The notes under the pieces: model-generated
The model's database searches: none
The model's input: only the letters and a program-made list of their open reading frames with translations
What the model was told of the DNA's origin: nothing
Part shown: positions 13,530 through 27,083 of the stretch, piece after piece
Layout: each line of letters opens with the position of its first letter
Position numbering within the stretch: the first letter of the stretch is position 1
DNA from: Octopus vulgaris
Taxonomy: Eukaryota
Reading direction: 5' to 3'
Assembly (NCBI GenBank): GCA_951406725.2
Contig: OX597814.1
Coordinates: 27,714,001-27,778,000 of the forward strand
Length of the DNA stretch: 64,000 nucleotides
Translations under genes and position numbers: made by a program

Positions 13530-13560
<31 letters not shown>

Positions 13561-13986
13561 CTGTGTGCGTGTGCGTGTGTGTGTGTATGTGTGCTTGCAG
13601 ACAGTGGACTGAGCAAGCAAGTAAAATGGTTGCTGCGAAGACAGCGAATCGATCTCCTGCTGCTGGCACTACTGCTCCCAGTTCTGCTGTTGCCGTTGCT
13701 GCTGCTGCTACTACAACGACTGCTACTGCTGCTGCTGCTGCTGCGACTATTCCTGATATTCATTGATACAATTGATGCCATGGTCTCAGCTATTACTACT
13801 ACTCCTCCTGCTACTACTACTATTACTACTGTTGCTACAACTGGTGCTGCTAGTGCTCGTCGTCACGGTCATCGTCGTCGTCGTCCTCCTCCTCCTCCTC
13901 ATCCTACAACAACTACTACTACTACTACCATCACCACCACCACCACCACCACCACCACCACCACCACCACCACCACCACCACCACC

Positions 13987-14049
<63 letters not shown>

Positions 14050-14163
14050 GCAGCTGCTGCTGCTGTTGTTTTAGAAGCTATGTTGTTGTTGCTGTTGCAG
14101 CTGTTGATTACAATTTCTTACGTGATTGTTGCTACAGTAATTAACACCATCATCATCATCATC

Positions 14164-14201
<38 letters not shown>

Positions 14202-14295
14202 TACCATCTTTATCCTCACCATCACCAGCACTGCCACCAGCGCCAACACCAACATCATCATCACTACGACAACGACAACGACGACGACGACGACG

Positions 14296-14327
<32 letters not shown>

Positions 14328-14330
14328 GGC
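13060..14330. repeat. Compound microsatellite block (TG, TA, TATG, CTG, ACT, ACC, ATC)
   Basis: Directly visible; explains the 401-aa and 240-aa ORFs. Confidence 0.95.
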
Positions 14331-14887
14331 CCCCACCGATAAATCTTCCATCGTCATCTTCATCATTAACGCCACCGCACTAGCATCACCACAACGGCCA
14401 TCACAACTCCAGCTCGTCTCACCGCCACCACCATCACCACTACCAACAGCACCACCAAACTATTACCAGTACTTCGTCCCCCCCCCACACTAGGTTCACC
14501 ACCACAACCGCAATAAATCTAACTCTACCACCGCCGCCACCACCACCACATCGTCCATTAACATTAGCATTAAGGCCACTACGACACTATTGCCACGGCA
14601 ATCACAACAACTACTGCAGCACGACCACTCTCATCACCACCATCACCCCGTCTACACATTACCACCACCATGACCACCACCATCAAACTGTGCAGCAGGT
14701 GTAGCTGTGTAGTAAGAAACTTGCTTCCCAAACACATGGTTCCGGGTTCGATCCCACTGCGTGACACGTAGTACAAGTGTCTTCTACTATAGCCTCAGGC
14801 CGACCAAATCCCGCCACACACACACACACACACACACATACACATATATATCTAGAGAGAGAGAGGGAGAGAGGGGGAGAGAGAGAG

Positions 14888-15195
14888 TGGAGGCACATGG
14901 CCTAGTGTTTAGAGTAGCGGACTCGTGGTAGAGGGATCGCGGGTTCGAATCTTAGACCGGGCGATGCGGATGATTATGAGCGAAACACCTAAGCTCCACG
15001 CGGCTCCGGCAGAAGGTAATGGCGAACTTCTGCTGACTCTTTCGCCACAACTTTCTCTCACTCTTTCCTCCTGCATCTTGCAGCTCACCTGCGACTGACC
15101 GGCGTCCCGTCCAGGTCGGGAACCTATACGCCAAGGAAACCGGGAAACCGGCTCTAATGAGCCAGGCGTGGCTCGAGAAGGAACAAACAAAACAA
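14888..15195 (+). mobile_element. SINE-C, head-1-like + V-domain-like tail
   Basis: TGGCCTAGTG / GGTTCGAATC boxes, CACAACTTTCTCTCACTC middle, then CCTGCGACTGACCGGCGTCCCGTCCAGG...GGAAACCGGGAAACCGG. Confidence 0.8.
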
Positions 15196-15542
15196 TATAT
15201 ATCTATATATATATATATTATTTTATACGATCACCTTACATGCATAAACCACACTATTATAGTTTCACATAAATGGAAACCCAAGTTCGTGAAACTATCA
15301 GTAGCGTGGTGTATGCATGTGAGGTGATCGTATAGAGCAATATTTTTACTCTCGCTAGATGGAGTTCTCTTTTTGTTGAACCTTATTACACGGATATACT
15401 TTATCATTAAAGCTGCAAAAACATCACACTTTTGTAATGCTTTTATAGATTTAATAATAAAGCATATTACTCTACCTCCGGTATTCGAGTACTATTTCTT
15501 TCCACCTTGTTTCACATTTATGAGCTTACTCTGGTACACACA

Positions 15543-15581
<39 letters not shown>

Positions 15582-15799
15582 GAATGTGTGTGTTTGTCCC
15601 CTATCACCGCTTGAGAACCGGTGCTGGTTTTTTTACGTCCTCGTAACTTCGCGGTTCTGCAGAAGCGACTGATAGAATAAACATCATGAGCTTAAAAATA
15701 AGTACTGGTGTCGATACATTCGACTAAAAATTCTTTAAGATGGTGCTGCAGCATGGCCGCAGCCTAATGATTGAAACAAGTGAAATATAAAAAGATATT

Positions 15800-16185
15800 T
15801 ATTTTTTTCTACTCTAGGCACAAGGCCGGAAATTTTTGATGAGGCGGTCAGTGGATTAGATCGACAAAGTACACAACTGGTACTTAATTTATCGACCCCG
15901 ATAGGATGAAAGGCAAAGTCGACCTCGGAGGAATTTGAACTCAGAACGTAAAGACAGACGAAATACCTATTTCTTTACTACCCACAAAGAGCTAAACACA
16001 GCAGGGACAAACAAGGACAGACAAAGTGATTAAGTCGATTATACCGACTCCAATGCGTAACTGGTACTTATTTAATCGATCACGAAAGGATGAAAGGCAA
16101 AGTCGACCTCGGTGGAATTTGAACTCAGAACGTAGCGGCAGACGAAATACTGCTAAGCATTTCGCCCGGCGTGCTAACATTTCTG
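15800..16185 (-). mobile_element. SINE-A dimer (tail-a unit followed by tail-b unit)
   Basis: Junction GACGAAATACCTATTTCTTT at about 15957-15978. Confidence 0.88.
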
Positions 16186-16286
16186 CTTAAATAAGTACTG
16201 GGCTAGATTCGCTCCACTATAAACTCTGCAAGGCGGTGCCCCAGCATGGCTGCAGTCTAATGACTGAAACACATAAAAGATAAAAG

Positions 16287-16372
<86 letters not shown>

Positions 16373-16768
16373 ACTTTTTAGTCAGGTGAAAGAACATTAC
16401 TCATAATACTTGCTCATAAGACAGATGGAGAAAAAGGGATAGGAGGAGGTATGTGTCCTTAAATTAGAAATCTTACCCTGATGCCTACAACAGAGTGAAC
16501 TCAACTAAAGGAACCTGGTGGATTTGAACCAAGAATTCAAAGATCTGTCTGAAGGTCTGACGATTCTGCTAATCCACTGCCCTAGAGTAGTGCTTTATAT
16601 ATGAGCTTCTGATTGATGAAAGGTAAAGTTGACCTTGGCGCCATTTGAACTCAGAACAGTGTGCTGGAATAGTTGCCGCCCAACACGTTAACGACAACGA
16701 ATTTTGCAGCATTTACACCCTTAACTTTCAGATACATATACTATATCTGAAATAATGTGGAATAGTCA

Positions 16769-17152
16769 TGGAGGCGCAATGGCCCAGTGGTTAGGGCAGC
16801 GGACTCGCGGTCGTAGGATCGTGGTTTCGATTCCCAGACCGGGCGTTGTGAGTGTTTATTGAGCGAAGACACCTAAAGCTCCACGAGGCTCCGGCAAGGG
16901 ATGGTGGTGATCCCTGCTGTACTCTTTCACCACAACTTTCTCTCACTCTTACTTCCTGTTTCTGTTGTACCTGTATTTCAAAGGGCCGGCCTTGTCACTC
17001 TCTGTGTCACGCTGAATATCCCCGAGAACTACGTTAAGGGTACACGTGTCTGTGGAGTGCTCAGCCACTTACACGTTAATTTCACGAGCAGGCTGTTCCG
17101 TTGATTCGGATCAACCGGAACCCTCGTCGTCGTAACCGACGGAGTGCTTCCA
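16769..17152 (+). mobile_element. SINE-C, head-1 + tail-1, young full-length copy
   Basis: A box TGGCCCAGTGG, B box GTTTCGATTCC, ends GTGCTTCCA; TSD AGTCATGGA. Confidence 0.93.
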
Positions 17153-17967
17153 AAGTCATGGATAGAACTCCTTCGTATAACAACAGCAATAACAAAGATT
17201 TTGAATGTTCCTGAGGAAAAATTGGATGGTTGCCGCTGGAAGTCCTTCTATCATTTGTCTCTCTTTTCAGGAATAAAGAAAAACCTAATATTGATTTTGC
17301 ATCGACCATGCAACACCACAGTCCAGAGAGATGAAAGTTAAAGAAATCGAGACCGAACCGGGAATTAAACTGGAAACAGTGTAGCATCATAGAACTTCGA
17401 AGAAAACTGGTGATTGCAATGCTTGTTGATACCGTGGTTTAGCCAAAGCTCATCTTTAAATGAGCAAGATTGCATGTTGTCCAGTCGTGACTATCCCACA
17501 CGTTAGTTACGTCTACATCATTATATGTACCTTTAATGTTTTTGTTTTTAAATAATGCTATGTCTCTAAGAATATTTAGTTGCTGTTTCTAGCAGATCGA
17601 AGGGCCAGGTTAACACCTGCCTCTTTGTGGATGATTATAGGTGGTGGTATGAGAAATAGTGACGTATAACACATGTTTATTCTGATCTAACAAGCTTTTG
17701 TCGCGTTAGGCACTCAGCCTTCGTGGTTAAAGATTTGCTCGATCATTGACCCATAACTGCAGATATGTTATGCATTCTGACATTTAATGATTAATTATAT
17801 ACAGTGCAGTGTTGCAGTGTTTCTGTGTTGCAGTAATAACATATTATACTCTAAGCAGTCTGTTACTGATGTTGTTCAAGTCAGCTCCAATCAAAGAAAC
17901 ATTTGATCAAGTATATTCCAAGCATGGTCATCCCACCTTTTTTTCATATTTACAATTACATTACCCA

Positions 17968-18396
<429 letters not shown>

Positions 18397-19204
18397 TATA
18401 TACTTTTTAATTTTTTAGGCGTTAGGATGTAATTATCTAGCAAGTCAAATGATTATATAGGTTTCAAGTTGGTTCATTTAGTTCAAGTTGTTGTTCTTTA
18501 GAGTCATATCAATACTAAGTAGATTGGAGTAGACCTATGACCAAAACGCTCCGGCAATAATCAACCCACCCCTTTCAATGTCTAGGACAACATTTTCCAA
18601 TAAGCCCAGTATTTTGACTGCAGAGAATGTACTTTGAGGGAATTTGGTCGCTATTTCTAACAGATCCAGCAACCACAAAAGGCTCATTTCTGCTGGTGGT
18701 CACGGCAAAGGCAGGTGAGTTAAATTCATTCTGAATGTGGCAGTTGTTGCTTTTCTTATTCTTGTCATTGGTACTGTGCAGCATCCCACCACAGTCTATA
18801 TTGATGGCTGTATTAATGCTGCTTATTCATATGTATGTAAGAAAGGTTAGAGTCAGAGAGATTGCTGTGTAGTAGTGTTCTGGAGTCATGTAGACACGTT
18901 TATTTGCTTGGAGGATGGTTTCGCTTGTCGTGGATAGTTGCGACTCTGAACGCTGGAGCTTGGTGCAACAGTACAATGTGCTTCTCACATATCTAGGTGT
19001 AATTTATTTGGAGATGGTAGCAGCAGCAGCTGTAGCAGTGGTAGCAGCAGCAGCTGTAGCAGTGGTAGCAGTAGTAATAGTTGGTGGTGGCGATGTTGTT
19101 TAGCCTGAGGGCAACTACGATCGAGTAGACTAATAATTTAAAGCGTTCTAGCTATGGTCATCAAGTCTTTTAATGATTTAGATATAGTATATTTAGAACC
19201 CCAT

Positions 19205-19290
19205 TTTGAGGTTTCCTGGCATCTGAGCTAGGTAGCAACCAGCCCCATTTACTATCATTCCTAGGGCACCTATGACAACAGGTATTGTTT
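19205..19290 (-). mobile_element. R4/Dong-like LINE fragment (restriction-like endonuclease C-terminal region)
   Basis: Translates as MKTKTIPVVIGALGMIVNGAGCYLAQMPG; IPVVIGALG is the typical R4-clade motif. Confidence 0.7.
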
Positions 19291-19309
19291 TAGTTTTCAT
19301 GTTCTAGTT

Positions 19310-19614
19310 TAATATTATTTTTATTTTTTTATTTTTTCTTCTTTCAAATTTGCTTCCATTTCTTGCCGAGTGTCTTCCCGACTCCTAGGGCAAATAAACT
19401 CATTGTATACATTGGTAGGCCATTAAACTAAACTCAATAGTTCGTTCATTTTAAAAATTTTTTTAAAGTTAAATTACAATACATGGGTAGTAATAGTTCT
19501 CACAGCGACAATGCTCTTCTCAATACGTGTGATGTACCACTTAAGACAATCTTTTGCACTTCTTGCTGGGATGGTAAGCCAGGGATCATTCTCATATAAT
19601 TTTCGGTTCCCTTC

Positions 19615-19616
<2 letters not shown>
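19310..19616 (-). mobile_element. R4/Dong-like LINE 3' end, 5'-truncated, abutting (TAA)n
   Basis: Translates as EGTENYMRMIPGLPSQQEVQKIVLSGTSHVLRRALSL*, followed by a ~190-bp 3' UTR. The 5' junction lies in (TAA)n at 19617-19662. Confidence 0.7.
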
Positions 19617-19667
<51 letters not shown>

Positions 19668-20133
19668 TTTCTTGGTGTCTGATATATGAAGTTGGTCAAA
19701 ATGATGATCTAGGGAGAAAATACACTTTTGGCAGTTTGTATTTCTAGCTTTTTTTTTTTGCGTGTAAAGGGTTGGTTTCGAATTATGTTCGCTAAATGTG
19801 TTTGCTTGCTATTGGTGTGTGGGTATCTGAAGTTGTTACTATAATGGGTGATGTGGTGTGGTGATTAATTGAACTATCGATTCTACTAAATAAGTTTTTA
19901 CATTTTATTTCTTGTTTTAGAGGAGTTAATACTGGCTTGTGATTATATTTCATGTATAATAGCAACATAAACTTCATATGTGATGATTAAGTTTTTTAAA
20001 AGTATTTTTATGTAATTAAAGCAGTGGCAAACCTAAAGTCTGTGCCACTCTGGCATCCCTTTAATTTGCTGCCGACTGGACAGCCCTTTAGTTTGCCGTC
20101 GTTTGGTTCTCCTAGCCCATACAGGCTTATACG

Positions 20134-20518
20134 TGGAGGCGCAATGGCCCAGTGGTTAGGGCAGTGGACTCGCGGTCATAGGATCGCGGTTTCGATTCCC
20201 AGACCGGGCGTTGTGAGTGTTTATTGAGCGAAAACACCTAAAAGCTCCACGAGGCTCCGGCAGGGGATGGTGGTGATCCCTGCTGTACTCTTTCACCACA
20301 ACTTTCTCTCACTCTTACTTCCTGTTTCTGTTGTACCTGTATTTCAAAGGGCCGGCCTTGTCACTCTCTGTGTCACGCTGAATATCTCCGAGAACTACGT
20401 TAAGGGTACACGTGTCTGTGGAGTGCTCAGCCACTTACACGTTAATTTCACGAGCAGGCTGTTCCGTTGATTCGGATCAACCGGAACCCTCGTCGTCGTA
20501 ACTGATGGAGTGCTTCCA
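20134..20518 (+). mobile_element. SINE-C, head-1 + tail-1
   Basis: Near-identical to 16769-17152; TSD ACAGGCTTATAC. Confidence 0.93.
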
Positions 20519-21529
20519 CACAGGCTTATACAGCAGACCCAAAAGTATCACCCCCATAAAAGTGACACCTGGGACGGACTGCCCCACTCCGCTCCTTTTG
20601 CGATGTTTAGTTTTGTATATTCGTGATGTACTGGTTATTTCGATGATTTATGTGTATTTTAAGTGTGAAGTTCGTATGTTTACACTTGTTGCTTAAATTC
20701 ACTGCGGGGTTATTGTTGTGAAGAGGAATATAATGACAGTATTTGACTTTTCTTGTTATGTTTCGTTATGATTTAGAACGTGTTTTATATCTATTGATAT
20801 TTTGTGTTCTTTTGTACTGTATGAGTGTATTGTATTGTACTTACCTTTCTCGAAACTTTATTTCTTCTTTCGTGTAGAGCCAACCTTTCAAGTCCCCCAC
20901 CCCACCCCTCCAATCTTCACGTTTATCCGGGTGTTTTCTTGATGTTCAGTTGCTATGGCTTTCTGAAACGAAACACAAAATCCGACCTTCGTTTCAAGCA
21001 GTGGCCATCACAATTTATTTTCTCGCATATAAAAATGAAGGCTCGAGTCACTCAATATATTCAATCATTTCGACGTGGGAATAATGATGTTTGAGGTTTC
21101 CTGTTTGGCTCGTTGACAATTAATGATGATAATGTAATGCAGTGCAGATAGGCGTTCATGTGGTGATGCTTTTCTTTTTTACTGTGTCTCTTTATATTTT
21201 TAACTGCTGAGCTCTTGAATAATCTTAAATTCTGCTTTTCATCAAATTTGTCGAAAGAAAGCTAGGTTTTGCTTTTAGTCTGCCTTCACCTAAGGTTAGG
21301 TGTTGGCATTATTTCATTTCGTTTCTTTGTTAAGAGAAAAATAAATCAATTTCATGTTTAATTTGCTCAAAATTTCCCAGATAAATGTATTTAACAAACA
21401 AAACAATTGACTAAGTGAAAATTTTGTTTACTTTGCAACACAACATTTTCTAGATAAATGTATTTTACAAATAAAATAATTTACAAATTCAGAAAACATC
21501 TAACAGTTTAAAAATTAAGTGTTTTGAAA

Positions 21530-21950
21530 GATCGCGGTATTTTATGAAAGCTTTCATCTTTACTAACCACATATCATATATAGTATTCCATCATAGCAGT
21601 ATCCTAGCAACATTGGTACTTTCCAACCATTGTTACAATGTCAAATAGATTTCACCGAAGTTTTCCCGGAAAAAAAGTCATGCTGCAAATACGTGAAATG
21701 AACTTTTAATGATAACGCGACAACCCATGTCCTCTTAACTTTCGATAAACCTTGCAACAAGTTCCCTGAAGTTAGGATTTTTGGCGAGTTTCTTGAGGTT
21801 CACGAGCCACACCGTGAAATATACACCCCTTGCTCCCCCTTCGACTCTGCTCATCTTTCTCTCAAGTTTTTCTCACTTCAGTATTGCATCAAAGAACTTT
21901 CAAAATAGGCGAATTTCTTGAGAAGCTTCTTCAAAACCTAAGGTTTTAAC
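21530..21950 (-). pseudogene. Decayed transposase-like fragment (SLKxHFLxSHLDFF-type family)
   Basis: Manual translation across stops and frameshifts: KNPNFRELVARFIES*EDMGCR / LSLKVHFTYLQHDFF ... IVTMVGKYQCC*DTAMMEYY. Motif order matches a widespread metazoan transposon-derived protein family; superfamily not assigned. Confidence 0.6.
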
Positions 21951-23500
21951 GAACTATCTTATCATTCGTAGCTTAAGTGAAGTGTGTGTAAGAAAACTTT
22001 TTTTGAGGCTTCACAAGAAGCAAGCAGTCTAAGAACATTTAACATTCTTGCCTGTAATTCTTGTGGGGCATTGATCTTCTTGGTAATGATCATCAACAGC
22101 CCTATTATCCCATAAACGAAGAAAACATGAATATTTTGTATATACAACCAGCAAACTGAGCATAACAGCAAGTATCTTATAATCACTATACAAACTCTAC
22201 TTAACTACTGCATATTTGATAGTTGGCAAGTATTTATTTAGCATTGTCGCAGTTTCTTTCGTTTGTACTGATTTGCAAGAGGTGGAGATGCATATTAGTT
22301 TCCATTGTGAAGTTAATTGTACTTTTAGTTACTAAAATCCTCTAAGCCTAGTTGCCAGGATATTAATAACTCAAAGTGCAAATCACACAGTAATATAGTT
22401 GCTGTTACTTGTTAAATACATTTGCTGCTGCTTGTGATAATGGTAAGGTTTCCCCACGAGGAACGGATACAATTGAAGATAGTATGCTTAGATAGCGAAC
22501 AGTTTGCCTTACTGTATTTTGTAACATCAAACACATAGAAATAAAAGTCACTGTGTTAATTCTTCATCTCTCTGTCTCTCTGCTTCTCTATATGTCTGTC
22601 TGTCTGTCTGTCTCTCTCTGCCTCAGTCTCTGACTGTCTATCTGTTTGCCTCTTTCTCTCTCTTTTTACTCTGGAAATAAAGTGTATGGATACTCTCTCA
22701 CGTCTTAATTATCCCCCACTTATTGTAAGAGACCTCAAGACTTATTGATTCCCAATAGCTATTCCAAAGTACATGCTATTCCAGAGTACGAGAATTTATC
22801 TGCCTAGTTCTAAATAATAACCGCAAACATAACAGAATGTATCTGGCGGACTTTTGTATTCTCTACTTACCATATTCTAAAAAGTTAAGATTAAAATTCT
22901 AGAAAATAATCTGAAACAGAATAAAATATTGTTATGGTTATGTAGGTGATAGAGCAATTCACAACAATGTAAGTTGCTCGCCAGAAAATATAAATTAGTA
23001 TTACATATGTTACCCTATGGGGGCTGTTGATTGAAATAATATTTTGCGAGTCAGTGCCATTAGTTTAGAAACCATTAACATGGCTAGAAATGATCAAATC
23101 TTATTGTAATTTATTTCCAAGCCATGCATGAATACTACAAATTCTTTAACGCTAATAACATGAAACTTTGTTGGTCTTGTCTGGATAGGACCCCTTGCCA
23201 GATCTCACACCACAAATCTATGACATATACACAGTCAACACCTACTTGATCTCTCAGCATTCAACTGTAAAGTCGACTCATATTGCCTTTTTAAACAATC
23301 TGTATAGCGAAAACAACACACGTAGATGGTGTCCAAACAAATTATACCGGAATCACGGCAAAAACTTTTAAGGAACGTTACAACTAACAGATACACTTAT
23401 ACAAGCGAGAGACAGGGAGAATTCATCAGGAGTTTAAGGATAGCAGAATTGAAGTGTCAAGGGTGATAGAGAGAGAGGGAGGAGAGCGAAGATGTGAGAA

Positions 23501-23546
<46 letters not shown>

Positions 23547-24118
23547 TAGAGAGAGGGGCGGGGTATTGCGCGACCTTATAGACCGACGGGTTAGATATTG
23601 CAGAATGTTTTGTTGACAAATCTTAGCTTCTCAAACAACCTACTTGAATTTTGAATACAATATCCAATAACTTAAACTTGTGTCGCTACAGACAATTATT
23701 TCCCTTGAAAATCTTTCAAAAGTCCATCAAATTTACGAGTTAAAGTAGTGTAGTTTAGTTCTGATGCTAGTGCCCTCCTCCAATATAGTCACACAACAGC
23801 TAGACCACGACACTATTTTGTATACTGCATTGTTTCCGACCAATGCAGATCCACATGTCTTAAAAACAGTATATATTTAGCATGATGTTGTCTGAACGAT
23901 GATACCTTGCGGAGTAACGCTAAGTGAACCATCGGCTATTTTCTAACAAATACCAACTCAACATGTACACGTACACACAACACATCTGACTATTCCAAAC
24001 TGATTTTACTCAGACTCTTTTCTTTGTCTCTCTCTCTCTCTATGTATCCTTTCAGAAGGGCTGACAATCCGAAACACTAGAAACACTATTTTCCTTTTCT
24101 ATAAGCGTTAAGCCAACA

Positions 24119-24500
24119 TGGAGGCGCAATGGCCCAGTGGTTAGGGCAGCGGACTCGCGGTCATAGGATCGCGGTTTCGATTCCCAGACCGGGCGTTGTG
24201 AGTGTTTATTGAGCGAAAACATCTATAGCTCCACGACGCTCCGGCAGGGATGGTGGTGATCCCTGCTGTACTCTTTCACCACAACTTTCTCTCACTCTTA
24301 CTTCCTGTTTCTGTTGTACCTGTATTTCAAAGGGCCGGCCTTGTCACTCTCTGTGTCACGCTGAATATCCCCGAGAACTACGTTAAGGGTACACGTGTCT
24401 GTGGAGTGCTCAGCCACTTACACGTTAATTTCACGAGCAGGCTGTTCCGTTGATCGGATCAACCGGAACCCTCATCGTCGTAACCGACGGAGTGCTTCCA
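24119..24500 (+). mobile_element. SINE-C, head-1 + tail-1
   Basis: Near-identical copy; TSD AGCCAACAT. Confidence 0.93.
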
Positions 24501-24899
24501 AGCCAACATCTTATCCATTGTACTGTCAGTTTTGTTTTTCACTATAATTTATCTTTTATCCTTGATCTTTTATTGTTTCGCTCATTGGACTGCAGCCATG
24601 CTGGAGCACCGCCTTCAAGGGTTTTATCGAACAAATCGATCCCAGCACTAATTTTTCTTTCTCACTTTTGATGTGTGTGTATGTGTGTGTTTGTCTTCCA
24701 CCGCAGTTTGACAGCAGGTGCTAGTTTGTTTATGTCCCCGTAACTGAGCGATTCTGAAAAGGACGAGCTTGATGTTGTTAATATTTTGTTTGAACTGTTG
24801 TAATAGGTCGTTACCAGCAGGGTGGATTATTAGTGGGGAACAGATTCGAAGGGGATGGACGTGTTCTGCTGAGAAAAGACTGAGCATAGTGTGTAGTGC

Positions 24900-24944
24900 A
24901 CATACATATGCACACACACACACACAAACATACAAAACACGCAT

Positions 24945-24980
<36 letters not shown>

Positions 24981-25261
24981 CACGCACGCACACACACACA
25001 AAACACGCATGCACACACACACACACACACAAAACACGCATGCACACACACACACACACAAAACACGCATGCACACACACACACACAAAACACGCATGCA
25101 CACACACACACAACACGCATGCACACACACACACAAAACACGCATGCACACACACACACACACAAAACACGCACGCACACACACACACAAAACACGCATG
25201 CACACACACACATACACACACAAAACATGCATGCACGCACACACACACACAAAACACGCAT

Positions 25262-25295
<34 letters not shown>

Positions 25296-25540
25296 CACGC
25301 ATGCACACACACACAAAACACGCATGCACACACACACACACACATAAAACACGCATGCACACACACACAAAACACGCATGCACACACACACACACACAAA
25401 CACATAAACAAAGCACGCATGCACGCACACACACACACAAACACTTACAAGCACGCGCACACACACAGACACATACAAACATATGCGCGCGCACGCACGC
25501 ACGCACACGCACGCACACGCACGCACGCACACGCACACAA
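24900..25540. repeat. Minisatellite AAAACACGCATG(CA)n with variable unit length
   Basis: More than 15 repeats of AAAACACGCATG separated by variable CA runs. Confidence 0.95.
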
Positions 25541-25692
25541 TGCTATATTGTGAAGGGTGCCACATAGCACGGTTTCACTTCCCTGTGAAAAATATAGTGG
25601 TTACATCACAAGTTTTATCTGTTTGTAGATTGTATGAATTTGTCTAGTTTGAAGGCAAAGAATACTCTCTTTCGGCATACAGAAAGGTTAAT

Positions 25693-25960
25693 CCTTATAT
25701 ATAAAAGTCAAGTTGTGTGTCTGTCTCCTACGATTTAGATTCCTAACTACTCCCACATTTTGCGGTGCAGTTTAACCAAAACCGGGTATCTTATAGTTGT
25801 GATTCATATCGAGCCCTTCTGGGTATTAGCGCGCGTCTACGATGAGTCGACGATTTAAAAAAAACTTTACCATAATTTTTTCCCATTTTAATGCATTTTT
25901 TCGCTATTATATAAGGGAAGTAACTCTCTAAAAATGTCTACGATGAGTCAACGATTTTTA
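25693..25960 (+). mobile_element. Possible Helitron 5' fragment
   Basis: Starts A|TCCTTATATATAAAAGTCAAGTTGTGTGTCTGTCT, resembling invertebrate Helitron 5' ends; internal repeat GTCTACGATGAGTC. No 3' CTAG end was seen. Confidence 0.4.
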
Positions 25961-26313
25961 AAAAAGTTACAAGGACGTAAACACACCAACATTGGTTGTC
26001 AAGCGATGGGTATGTATATGTTTGTGTGTATATGTTTGTGTGTCTGTGCTTGCCCCCCCCGCCCAACATCGCTTGACAACCGATGCTGGTGTGTTTACGT
26101 CCCCGTCATTTAGCGGTTCGACTAGAGAGACCGATAGAATAAGTACTAGGCTTACAAAGGATAATTCCTGGGGTCGATTTGCTCGACCGAAGGCGGTGCT
26201 CTAGCACGGCCGCAGTCATATGACTGGAACAAATAAAAGAATAAAAGAAAGAATAAAAGAAAAGAATAACTGTGTGGAAGCTCGTCGTACACACACACAC
26301 ACACACACACACA

Positions 26314-26353
<40 letters not shown>

Positions 26354-26699
26354 TTCTCATACTTGTTACAGTCGTATTGAACTGCAGCCATGCTGGATCA
26401 CCGCGTTTAGTCGAGGAAATCGACCCCAGAACTTACTCTTTTCTGCATATTGCATTTCTTATCTCCATAGCTTTTGCCGGTTCCGTTATGGCGACTGCAA
26501 ACACAACTGTCATTGGCTACTGTTGATGTATGTATATGTTTGTGCAGATGTTTGTGTGTTCGTGCTTGGTGCCTCTCCTGCTCGCCGGACAACGGATGCT
26601 GGTGTGGTTACGTCCGGTTTAGCGCGTTTAGTCGAGGATAAAATCGACCCCCAGAAGCGTCTTATTCTTTCTAAGCATGGTATTTATTCTATAGCTTTC

Positions 26700-27083
26700 T
26701 TTATTGCCCACAAGGCGCTAAACATAGACGGGACAAACAAGGACAGACGAAAGGATGAAAGGCAAAGTCGACCTCGGCGGAATTTGAACTCAGAACGTAA
26801 CGGAAGACGAAATACGGCTACGCATTTCGCCCGGCGTGCTAACGTCTCTTATTTCTGTACTTGCCCACAAGGGGCTACACACAGAGGGAGCAAACAAGGA
26901 CAGACAAACGGATTAAGTCGATTATATCGACCCTAGTGCGTAACTGGTACTTATTTAATCGACTTCGAAAGGATGAAAGGCAAAGTCGACCCCGGCGGAA
27001 TTTGAACTCAGAACGTAGCGGTAGACGAAATACCGCAAAGCATTTTCGCCCGGCGTGCTAACGTTTCTGCCAGCTCGCCGCCT
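26700..27083 (-). mobile_element. SINE-A dimer, second unit internally deleted
   Basis: Head ends CTGCCAGCTCGCCGCC at about 27083. The junction at about 26845 falls at a different site (ACGTTAGCAC) from the other multimers. Confidence 0.85.

Noticed and set aside
13288-14493. 401-aa ORF and similar long ORFs (3078-3718, 24648-25565, 36438-37367, 49394-50209)
   Set aside because: These are stop-free translations of microsatellites.
16769-16845. tRNA gene
   Set aside because: A and B boxes are present, but there is no local acceptor stem and the sequence continues into a SINE body with TSDs.
16901-17104. 67-aa ORF MVVIPAVLFHHNF... recurring five times
   Set aside because: It lies inside near-identical young SINE-C copies. 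Recurrence reflects copy identity, and there is no evidence of coding selection.
20121-20132. Similar TSDs CAGGCTTATAC and CAGGCTTTTAT for two SINE-C copies, suggesting target specificity
   Set aside because: The insertions are in opposite orientation relative to the motif, and the other TSDs are unrelated.
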